Positions 53,677 through 61,497 of a DNA stretch of 64,000 nucleotides are shown here, piece by piece. The position numbers and the translations under genes were made by a program. The notes under the pieces are model-generated. The model did no database searches. It was not told the origin of the DNA and saw nothing but the letters and a program-made list of their open reading frames with translations. The stretch's first letter is position 1. The number at the start of each line of letters is the position of its first letter. Origin of the DNA: an uncultured virus (IMG/VR IMGVR_UViG_3300046171_000308) (Duplodnaviria; Heunggongvirae; Uroviricota; Caudoviricetes); IMG/VR virus record IMGVR_UViG_3300046171_000308. One strand, given 5' to 3'.

Positions 53677-55257
53677 CTACTGTGATTGTATCTGAGTTAT
53701 AATCGTAGTACATAGGGCGGCGACTTCTGGTCTGCTTAAGAATTGGTAGTCAAATTTAACTCCGCCTGTTTCGACGAACGGTTGTATTATGCCCATGAGT
53801 TCTGTATAGTTATTCTTCGAGAATATTTCCCAGAATACTGGGTTTTCTTTAAGCTGTCCGATGATATAATTCACAACCACGGTTTCTGATGTTCCTTTTT
53901 GCACTTCTAAGAGAGCCTTTTCTAAGCCTTGTGCAATATCTCTGATAGAACGGATGAAGGTTATTCGCTTGGCTACTTCTTGTAGTTGTTGTTCAACCGT
54001 ATAATTAGAATACTCTATCAGTATATTATCTACTGTAATGGAAACCTGTTGCTGGACTGCTTCTAATTTCTTAGGGTCTTCTAACTCTGGGCCCATATTA
54101 GCCTTTAGTTGCTCCATTATTGCATTTTTATATTCTGCTGGTTGCGGCTTCAGTTCAAGTATCTCTTGTTCTGTTATTTCAGGAGTATTTTCTTCTACTC
54201 CCTCATCACCGAAAAATAAATCACTGGCTCCAGATGTTGTTGGTGGTGTGGGTTCTGGACCTGGTACAACCATTGGTTCTGGTTCAAAGGCCTGTGGTGG
54301 AGCATAGTTGGCTACACTGGGTGTAGGTGCTACTGGAGTTCCTGCGTATGGGTCGTAATTTGGACTATCATAACCGGCTGGTCGGACTGGTTGATTCTTA
54401 GCTAAAGCTGCGCTAGCACCAGTTGCTACTGCTCCAAGTATTTCTGGCTGCAATAGTTTTCCAGCTACTCTTTCAAGTGCACTTTCGCTGCTACCGCCGC
54501 CTCCGTCTAATAGATTTTCTACCATTTTCTGTTTGAAGATTCCTTTCATATCAGAATCAAAAAAGCCGTCGCTATCCTTTGTGCGCATCATTTCTCTCAT
54601 GAAGCTCATTTGTTGCATAGAAAATTGTTGGTCTCTTGCTTGTTGCTCTCTTCGTAACTCTGATTCTCTTTGCTGGTCTAGTCGGCGTTGCTCCATTTGC
54701 ATCATTTGTGCTTGATGTTGTTGTCGTGCTGCAATTTGTTGTTGCATCATCATGAATTGCATCATAGCACTCATAGAGTTTGATACAGAATCACCGCCAG
54801 GTGGTTTTGGCATTCCTTGTACAGAATACATGCCGTTATCTAAGCTTGGGTCTGAGAACGCTTCTGACTCCATTTTTTGCATTTGTTGCTTGTAAGCGTT
54901 AGACGGTTCTACCTTTACTGATTCTGGTAGAGGGGAAACTACAGGAGTAACTCCGGCAAAAGAGTTAGTTTTTGGTGCGTTGCGTATTGCTTCGGTGATT
55001 TGGTCTTTGGTAAATCCCTTTGCCTGAAGCCAGGCTGCATAATACATTTTAATATCGTCACTGCGGCAACCAAGTTTAGATGCAATCTCACCAATAGCTG
55101 GGTGATATGCTCCGCCTTCGTGGTAAGCTGGTCCATCATACCATTCACCATCTGCAAAAACTGCTTTGAGTAATTCTTTGCGGTCTTCAGAACTTAAGCG
55201 GTCCCATTCTGACTCTGGGCTATCGCTACCGCCCATGTCTAGGCCCAAGTCATCCAT
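53677..55257 (-). CDS. hypothetical protein with Gln/Met-rich and Pro-rich regions
   Basis: 526 aa; MMQFMMMQQQ coiled segment, Pro-rich linker and helical C-terminal domain. Confidence 0.75.
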   Translation of the reverse strand: MDDLGLDMGGSDSPESEWDRLSSEDRKELLKAVFADGEWYDGPAYHEGGAYHPAIGEIASKLGCRSDDIKMYYAAWLQAKGFTKDQITEAIRNAPKTNSFAGVTPVVSPLPESVKVEPSNAYKQQMQKMESEAFSDPSLDNGMYSVQGMPKPPGGDSVSNSMSAMMQFMMMQQQIAARQQHQAQMMQMEQRRLDQQRESELRREQQARDQQFSMQQMSFMREMMRTKDSDGFFDSDMKGIFKQKMVENLLDGGGGSSESALERVAGKLLQPEILGAVATGASAALAKNQPVRPAGYDSPNYDPYAGTPVAPTPSVANYAPPQAFEPEPMVVPGPEPTPPTTSGASDLFFGDEGVEENTPEITEQEILELKPQPAEYKNAIMEQLKANMGPELEDPKKLEAVQQQVSITVDNILIEYSNYTVEQQLQEVAKRITFIRSIRDIAQGLEKALLEVQKGTSETVVVNYIIGQLKENPVFWEIFSKNNYTELMGIIQPFVETGGVKFDYQFLSRPEVAALCTTIITQIQSQ

Positions 55258-55472
55258 TACTCTTCCTCCTCTTCAGGTCCTACTATTTGTTCGATATCTT
55301 TGAGATAGCCGTCGAGGGTTGCTAATTCTCCTTCTATAATTTCTATAGTTTTTGTTGCTTGTTCAAGCTGGCCTTCTGCTTGCTCTTTTGCTTGAATCAT
55401 TTGTGCTCTGTTATTTTTATAGCCTTCTCTTAATATTTTCATATGTTTTTCTACAATTGTTTCTTCACTCAT
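55257..55472 (-). CDS. small coiled-coil protein
   Basis: Start reassigned to MSEET after AGGTGA. Confidence 0.65.
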   Translation of the reverse strand: MSEETIVEKHMKILREGYKNNRAQMIQAKEQAEGQLEQATKTIEIIEGELATLDGYLKDIEQIVGPEEEEE

Positions 55473-55926
55473 TGTCTTCACCTTCCTCTAATGGAAATCC
55501 GTTTTCGTCACAGATGACTTCGTTTCCGTCGTCATCGTAAAAGAATAGTTCTCCGCTTTCTTCGTCTTCGTAAATTACTATCTCTTCAGCATCACTAGGT
55601 ACTCCGTCGTTTACTTTTGAGATATTTTCTTTAACGTTTCTAAAAAATGATACTCCTTTGGCCACAGCATTAGAACCTAACATTGACGCTGACTCTGCTA
55701 CAGCCTCTTGCATAACATCTGTGAGGCTACGCTCTTTTTTTGGAGGGCTAATCGGGATACCAGCCTCTATCAATGTAACCAAAGTTGCGATTATTTCTTG
55801 TCGCATGATGTTTAATTGCTCATCAGCACGATAGGGGTTACCTTTCAAAGCTGCGAATGCAACATCCATATTTTTTTGATGGAGTGCTAGAGCTTCCGAC
55901 AAACCAGGGGGTATAACATCAGTCAT
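55465..55926 (-). CDS. acidic hypothetical protein
   Basis: GAGGTGA RBS; acidic C-terminus. Confidence 0.7.
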   Translation of the reverse strand: MTDVIPPGLSEALALHQKNMDVAFAALKGNPYRADEQLNIMRQEIIATLVTLIEAGIPISPPKKERSLTDVMQEAVAESASMLGSNAVAKGVSFFRNVKENISKVNDGVPSDAEEIVIYEDEESGELFFYDDDGNEVICDENGFPLEEGEDNE

Positions 55927-55935
55927 TTAATCACC

Positions 55936-56280
55936 TCACTGTGCGTATGGGTCGTTGTTTGGGTCATCTTTATCTTTTGGAGCTTCGGTAGTTTCAGGCG
56001 TTGGGGGTGGAGTTTGAGCTGATGGTTCTTCTTCCCACTCATATTCCTCGTCGTCGAATGCATCGGCAATAAGTTCTGCTAATGCTTCTTCCCAAACAGA
56101 TTCCCTAGCCTTTATGTCAGTCCATTTTAGATAGAGAACATTTTCCCAGACATACATTTCGAGCTTATCTTCGCTCTTGATGAACAATCCAAGGTTCCCC
56201 ATCAAGGTAGTTACGTCGCTAAATTCAACTGGTTTGCCATCAGGGCCTCTTACAATCACAAGGTCGGTCTTCGCCTGCAT
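55936..56280 (-). CDS. hypothetical protein
   Basis: Leaderless-type promoter TTATGGTCA-N21-ATG. Confidence 0.7.
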   Translation of the reverse strand: MQAKTDLVIVRGPDGKPVEFSDVTTLMGNLGLFIKSEDKLEMYVWENVLYLKWTDIKARESVWEEALAELIADAFDDEEYEWEEEPSAQTPPPTPETTEAPKDKDDPNNDPYAQ

Positions 56281-56331
56281 GATTATACCAGGGTTTCACC
56301 ATGACCATAAAGAAAATGACGAAATGAATAT

Positions 56332-56358
56332 ATTTTACATACGTTAATTATGTAAAAT
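56332..56358. promoter_or_regulatory. inverted repeat, candidate operator
   Basis: ATTTTACATA-N7-TATGTAAAAT between divergent genes. Confidence 0.45.
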
Positions 56359-56488
56359 TAAAGTATACTTCTACACTTTGTAGCTGGGAGTATAAAGTAA
56401 TAACACAAAGAAACGACAATACACTTATGTTCATGATGTAAACGTAGTACAGAGTGCAAATAGTGTTTTGACACGTGGCGGAATTATC

Positions 56489-57154
56489 ATGTCAAAGAAA
56501 AGAGGTGGGCAGAGAAAGTTTAGAAATCTATTCACTGGAAGCAAAGAAGAAGATGAAAGTGATATTTTACCCTCTGAAGAAGAAAGTGATGAAAGTAAAA
56601 CCAAGTCCTGGAAACGGATACGGTCCAAACAATTTATGGAAATATTTTCTGATATGTATGGTGAGCTCCCACCAGAACATCCTGACATAGACAAGTTCAA
56701 ACCAAAGGCTGTTAGATTAACTGGCTCTACTATTGGATATGTGGAAGCCTTGAGAAAGATGCAAAAGCTCGGAATGTTTTCTGATATCCCTACAGAAGTA
56801 GTAGCTCAGATGGAGAGTGAAGTTAGAGGTATGTATATTTTCAATCATAAAGATGCTGATATGCTAAATTATCCGTTAATGATGCATATTGCTGTTAGGT
56901 TTCTCTATTGGTATATGTTAGGCGCTAACAAATCTACTGCCTCTATGTTAAGATATATGACTAAGATGGATGGTAATGCTTTCAAATTGAAAACTCAGCG
57001 ATTAAAGGTAGACCAAGGCTTCATCTTAGAACAAGAAGCTTTGGCAGAACTGGGTTATATTGAAGAATTAGAAATAGAAGAGTTAGAAGAAGAGTTACCG
57101 ACAGAAGTAGACGAAGATGAATTTGATTTCGAAGGATTGGAAGGAATACTATAA
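56489..57154 (+). CDS. hypothetical protein with acidic tail
   Basis: Start reassigned to MSKKR; helical body. Confidence 0.65.
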   Translation: MSKKRGGQRKFRNLFTGSKEEDESDILPSEEESDESKTKSWKRIRSKQFMEIFSDMYGELPPEHPDIDKFKPKAVRLTGSTIGYVEALRKMQKLGMFSDIPTEVVAQMESEVRGMYIFNHKDADMLNYPLMMHIAVRFLYWYMLGANKSTASMLRYMTKMDGNAFKLKTQRLKVDQGFILEQEALAELGYIEELEIEELEEELPTEVDEDEFDFEGLEGIL

Positions 57155-57390
57155 CCTGCGAGCTGCCATTGCGTGATATTATAGTTCCCATTGTGAACTA
57201 TCCCTACTTTTTTAAATTCGTTGTTTCTAGACAAAATATTTACTAAAATGGCCTTAGTGCAGCCATACTTTAGATTCCTATTGTTGTTTAAAAAATCTAA
57301 AATTTCATAAAAATTTCTAACGGAGCCACAGCTCATAAAGTTGACAATTTGGTCAAAGGTTCTCTTGTTTCTGCTTTTTGCTCGACTCAT
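57055..57390 (-). CDS. DUF3860-like winged-helix protein
   Basis: I..F......N..EIL..LN....YG.T...L.NILS....F.KVG....G.Y.I..W pattern, recalled from Poseidoniales proteins. Confidence 0.6.
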   Translation of the reverse strand: MSRAKSRNKRTFDQIVNFMSCGSVRNFYEILDFLNNNRNLKYGCTKAILVNILSRNNEFKKVGIVHNGNYNITQWQLAGYSIPSNPSKSNSSSSTSVGNSSSNSSISNSSI

Positions 57391-57432
57391 TATTACACCG
57401 TATCTTGGCGTAACGGTGAGGGCTATTATAGG

Positions 57433-57870
57433 TTACGAAGTAAGCTTTATCTCTATCAGCTCTAACGCGGGTGGTCTATCCATCTGCGCAAAGCGGTCTT
57501 GATTAGCTTTGTAATATTTTTTAGTAAATACGTGAGCTTCGTTTTCTGTCTTAAACGCTGCTATGACTCCTAATGGGTGATGGGATTTTTGTGGTCCTTT
57601 ATCTATTACGACTTTAGATTCTATTATAGTGTCGTCACTACCTTCAAGGTCTTTTACTTCGCCGTCTTCAGTAAGACCCTGGGCTTCAGATGCCTTTATT
57701 TTAATCGTTTCAACTTCGAGTTTCCGACCTAGGTTAGGACAGGCAGACTTTGGACACCATATCCTAACAAATGAAGGGTCATATACAACCCAAAAAGAAT
57801 CAGTGAGTACTTCTACCCTTTGAGCTGCTTCCAATGCTTGAAGACGAGCTATTAACTCTTCGTTATCCAT
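57433..57870 (-). CDS. hypothetical protein with possible metal-binding site
   Basis: GAGGTGA RBS; CPKSAC and HH residues. Confidence 0.65.
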   Translation of the reverse strand: MDNEELIARLQALEAAQRVEVLTDSFWVVYDPSFVRIWCPKSACPNLGRKLEVETIKIKASEAQGLTEDGEVKDLEGSDDTIIESKVVIDKGPQKSHHPLGVIAAFKTENEAHVFTKKYYKANQDRFAQMDRPPALELIEIKLTS

Positions 57871-57879
57871 ATAATCACC

Positions 57880-58413
57880 TCAATACAAAGGTGCGTCATT
57901 CATGTTTTTGTAAAATAAAACTTCTATTTTTAGCATTGGGTAACGGGTAAATAGTCGATTGGTTCTGGTAAACTTGTTCTTGATTTTGACGACTTGTTCT
58001 TGTTCATCAAATACTTGAGTATCTACTCTTACAGCTCCAGTACCAAACATTTGCCACCATCCACGTGTAATAGTAAAAGCAACATTTTGAGTATGATTTT
58101 CTAAAATGCAGTTGTTGGTAGGACCTAACCACAAAGTCCACCCGTCTGTTGGGTTCGCTTGATAGCCACTAACTGGAGATAATTCTTTTGACAGTTTATG
58201 ACAAAGGTCTCTAGCTGCTTGAGCTTCTTCTTCAGTAGCTATTTTACCGCCATAAGCAATATTGTATGCTTCATTGTAATCTTCGTAGGGGTCAGTTTCA
58301 GCCTCTTTTTTTGGCTTATATGTTCCTTCTTTGTATTTTGTCCACAGTTCAGAAACTTCTTTTTGTGGTTGGCCGGTGTGTGCTCTTCTAAACTGGGTCC
58401 AGGTTAGTTCCAT
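57880..58413 (-). CDS. hypothetical protein
   Basis: Promoter TTATGGTCA-N21-ATG; small N-terminal helical motif W..F...H.G.....S.LW..YK. Confidence 0.7.
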   Translation of the reverse strand: MELTWTQFRRAHTGQPQKEVSELWTKYKEGTYKPKKEAETDPYEDYNEAYNIAYGGKIATEEEAQAARDLCHKLSKELSPVSGYQANPTDGWTLWLGPTNNCILENHTQNVAFTITRGWWQMFGTGAVRVDTQVFDEQEQVVKIKNKFTRTNRLFTRYPMLKIEVLFYKNMNDAPLY

Positions 58414-58446
58414 GATTTAGCCATTGTTACATGCTGACCATAATAG

Positions 58447-59334
58447 TTATGATTGAGTTAACACTTCTTTGAGGAGCTCTGTATACTGCTTTATTTTGGG
58501 TGAAAGTGTACTTCTAGATACTCCCGTGGCCTTTGTAGCTTCGAGTTGTGTGAGTTTACTGCCACTTTCTCTAGCATATGCAACAATAAACGCCACGACT
58601 TTATCTCTAATGGCTCCGCGTGGATGAGCAATTTGGTCCCAAACTTCTTGCATTGGTAATATGAAATTGGCGGGTAGTCCTAGTGATGGCGTATAAATTT
58701 CTATTAGATATGCACCCTCATTATATTCCTCTCCCTTATATTTAGCTATGAATTGTAAAGCTTCTTTGATTAAACCGGTTTCTTTGTATCCCGTCACCTT
58801 TTCTAATAACTCAAACCTAACAGTATCATTCTCCATCATCATGTAGGCACAAGCGGTCTCTAGTACCTTTTTCTTTTTATCCGAGGGGTTATCTATGATA
58901 GCAAAAGGTCCATACTTGGTAAAAAGGGTATAAAATGAAACGATGTTGTCGAACTCTATTGCAAAAAACATGGTGTAAACATCTGTCTCTCCACCTCCTT
59001 GCTGTAGTTCATCTATTATTTCTCTTAATTTCTTCTGGGTATCTCTATACATAGCTTCTTCTGGGGTATCACTTTTGACCATAGCATCTACGGGAGTGCC
59101 AATACTATCGTTTAACTCGTCATCTTCTCCCTCTCCATCGGTACCGTCCTTTTCTCCGGGTTGAAAGTCTGAATCATTGCTTGCGTCTATGTCTGACTCT
59201 GTTCTAAGAATATACCCGCATATATCGCATTCATAGTAAGGTGGGCGGTAATTGACATCACCAGTAAATGCCCCGCATTCGCTGTCGTCTAAGTAAACGT
59301 GGCATTCACCGGGACGCAAAAAATTGTTGGACAC
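58447..59334 (-). CDS. tfb: transcription initiation factor TFB (TFIIB) homologue
   Basis: N-terminal zinc ribbon (C...C...ECDICGYIL), cyclin repeat ACAYM, and C-terminal HTH LTQLEATKATGVSRSTL. Confidence 0.78.
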   Translation of the reverse strand: MSNNFLRPGECHVYLDDSECGAFTGDVNYRPPYYECDICGYILRTESDIDASNDSDFQPGEKDGTDGEGEDDELNDSIGTPVDAMVKSDTPEEAMYRDTQKKLREIIDELQQGGGETDVYTMFFAIEFDNIVSFYTLFTKYGPFAIIDNPSDKKKKVLETACAYMMMENDTVRFELLEKVTGYKETGLIKEALQFIAKYKGEEYNEGAYLIEIYTPSLGLPANFILPMQEVWDQIAHPRGAIRDKVVAFIVAYARESGSKLTQLEATKATGVSRSTLSPKIKQYTELLKEVLTQS

Positions 59335-59533
59335 CTTCTAACCCCCGATACGCTCTACCATCAACGGTCAAGACTGGAGGCCGCTTAGTACCTGTTACGG
59401 CGCGCATTACCTCGTAACCAAACATTGTACTATCTGGTTCGATTAATTCATAGTCCATTTCAGCTTGCTCTATGAGGTTTATTACCTGCTCAGTTGTAGG
59501 TTCGTCCCTCACCCCGAAAAGCTTGACCGGCAT
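59306..59533 (-). CDS. glutaredoxin-fold protein lacking CxxC
   Basis: VKLFG...EPTT, TGTKRPPVLTVDG...G pattern; no cysteine. Confidence 0.7.
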   Translation of the reverse strand: MPVKLFGVRDEPTTEQVINLIEQAEMDYELIEPDSTMFGYEVMRAVTGTKRPPVLTVDGRAYRGLEGVQQFFASR

Positions 59534-59593
59534 GATTAGTGCTAGGGTCTTGCTCGGATAACCTTTTTCCTCACAACTTAACCTGGGAGGTTT

Positions 59594-60289
59594 ATGGAAG
59601 AGCTTGGTAACATATTCAGAAATCTAGGAAAATCTTACACATCATCGGAACCAAAAGAAGACTATGATAAGAAATTAAATGATATACAAGCAGAGCTTTA
59701 TGGGACTATAGATGCTCTTTTGTCTAGGGTTAGAGCCCTTGAACACCAAGTTGCAGAACTGACAGTAGAAGTTAAGGACAGGCCTGATGGGGAATTTACT
59801 AACTTGTTCGATATCATGTCTCCCGAAGAAGTTCTAGGTAGAGCGCCAAAACCTATTGAGCCACTAGAAGCAGAAGACGTCACCAGTGTCAAAGGGTTTG
59901 TAGCACCCGTACCCCAACAAAGAGTAGAACGAGCTGAGGAATTAACTGGTGAAACTGAAACTACAGATACCACAGATTTCGACCTTCCATCTGAAGATGG
60001 GTTATCTGAGCTTGAATATGGTATTCTTGATGATGAAGACCCCAACCACTTAGATGCTAGCGAAATAATTACCTACATAGAATCTTATGGTGGTATACTA
60101 AACCAGGAAATGAAAAAGAAAGAAGTCATGCGTGACGATATTTCTGATAAAGACCGAAAGGAAGTTTATGCGCTCCTAGAGAAGTGCGGCGTAAAAACTT
60201 ACAAGGCTAACAAGTTTAGAACTTTCTTTTATCTCGGTGCTGAAGATGAAGGCAAAGAGAAGTATGAAAGTTACATGAGTAGAAAGTAA
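59594..60289 (+). CDS. coiled-coil protein with possible C-terminal winged helix
   Basis: GGAGG RBS; N-terminal coiled coil, acidic linker, and helix-helix-beta C-terminal domain; adjacent to the origin candidate. Confidence 0.7.
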   Translation: MEELGNIFRNLGKSYTSSEPKEDYDKKLNDIQAELYGTIDALLSRVRALEHQVAELTVEVKDRPDGEFTNLFDIMSPEEVLGRAPKPIEPLEAEDVTSVKGFVAPVPQQRVERAEELTGETETTDTTDFDLPSEDGLSELEYGILDDEDPNHLDASEIITYIESYGGILNQEMKKKEVMRDDISDKDRKEVYALLEKCGVKTYKANKFRTFFYLGAEDEGKEKYESYMSRK

Positions 60290-60379
60290 AACTACACGTG
60301 TCAACTTTACTAAAACTATGTTATTGTGATTATTCTTTCGCGCGTACGCATACGCAAGGGAAGCTGTGGAAAAACTTTT

Positions 60380-60724
60380 CCACCCTTTATTTTATAGACC
60401 TCAGTAAGTCGAATAGGTTCTCAAAAGAGTGGAAAAAAGGGTGGGCCACCCTTTTTCCACCCTTTTTTACCAGGCTCTCAGTACCCCTGCCACCCTTTTA
60501 CCACCCTTTTGCAAAAGGGTGGCAAGAAATATTTTCCACCCTTTTTCTCCAGAATTAGGTGCGGGGGGTATTTTTGCAGGAAAAACATGCTTTCTTTATA
60601 TAGTCGGTACCAAAAAAGGGTGGAAAGTATAGTTTACCACCCTTTTACCCTGAAAAAAAGTGTTGGTTTTCCACCCTTTTTGCCACCCTTTCAAAAAAAG
60701 AGTGGAAATTATTTACCACCCTTT
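60380..60724. repeat. iteron cluster, candidate replication origin
   Basis: 13 exact CCACCCTTT copies (10 forward, 3 reverse) plus 2 CCACTCTTT variants in a non-coding region upstream of the MCM operon. Confidence 0.85.
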
Positions 60725-60762
60725 AGGAATCTTCATAAGCCGTTTGACACGAGAGAGGAATT

Positions 60763-61497
60763 ATGAGCGAAGAACCAGTTAATGTTGATGAATTAATATC
60801 GACCATAGGAGAAATGGGAGCACAAGACCGTCAGATATTGTTTGAGAGGTTGGGACAATTAGCGCTAGGGTGGTTTCCATCAAGGTCTGCTATCACAGAC
60901 ATTATGTTCCCACCAGTTAGAAATAATCAGCGACATGTTAACACTCTCACGCAATGTAGAGAGTTTGTACAGCAGAATGGTTACATTACTCGTAGCCACG
61001 TGTCACACATAGTAGGAGATATGGATGCTTCAACCTTTAGACGCTCAGTCATCAAAAAGCTCGTCGATGAAGGAGTTATTACTGATAGCAATAGAAAATG
61101 GAAACGCGATGGCCAAGGCCAAGCACATAAAGTCTACAAAGACAATACTAACAGATATCAGAATTTATCTAGCGACCAACCAACCAAAGTAGCTACAGAT
61201 TCCAACAGCATAGTTAAAGAACCGCAGAAAACCGCAGAGAAGTTTGTGAGAGAAGTTTTGACACAGGCAAGAGCACTTAGTATTGGATACCCATTACGCC
61301 CGGGTCTTATAGCTGCATTACAGCGACTGGGATATACCGATGTTAGTGAATCAGCGCTAAAAAAGTGGTGCGAAGTAGTAAAGCAAGAAGTCAATAAACA
61401 AAAGGAGACTACCCCACAGTTAAATGTCTATAACATATTCAATGGTAAAATTACAGTGAAAACAAATTCAGGAGTGATGATAAATGAGCGAAGATAA
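60763..61497 (+). CDS. candidate origin-binding/initiator protein (winged-helix-like)
   Basis: Lies between the iterons and MCM; EFVQQNGYITRSHVSHIV...FRRSVIKKLVDEGVI is HTH-like. Confidence 0.55.
   Translation: MSEEPVNVDELISTIGEMGAQDRQILFERLGQLALGWFPSRSAITDIMFPPVRNNQRHVNTLTQCREFVQQNGYITRSHVSHIVGDMDASTFRRSVIKKLVDEGVITDSNRKWKRDGQGQAHKVYKDNTNRYQNLSSDQPTKVATDSNSIVKEPQKTAEKFVREVLTQARALSIGYPLRPGLIAALQRLGYTDVSESALKKWCEVVKQEVNKQKETTPQLNVYNIFNGKITVKTNSGVMINERR

Noticed and set aside
60298..60766. Three short overlapping ORFs, or a CRISPR array
   Set aside because: The ORFs are by-products of the repeats; the 9-bp repeats are irregularly spaced and in both orientations, with no spacers or cas genes
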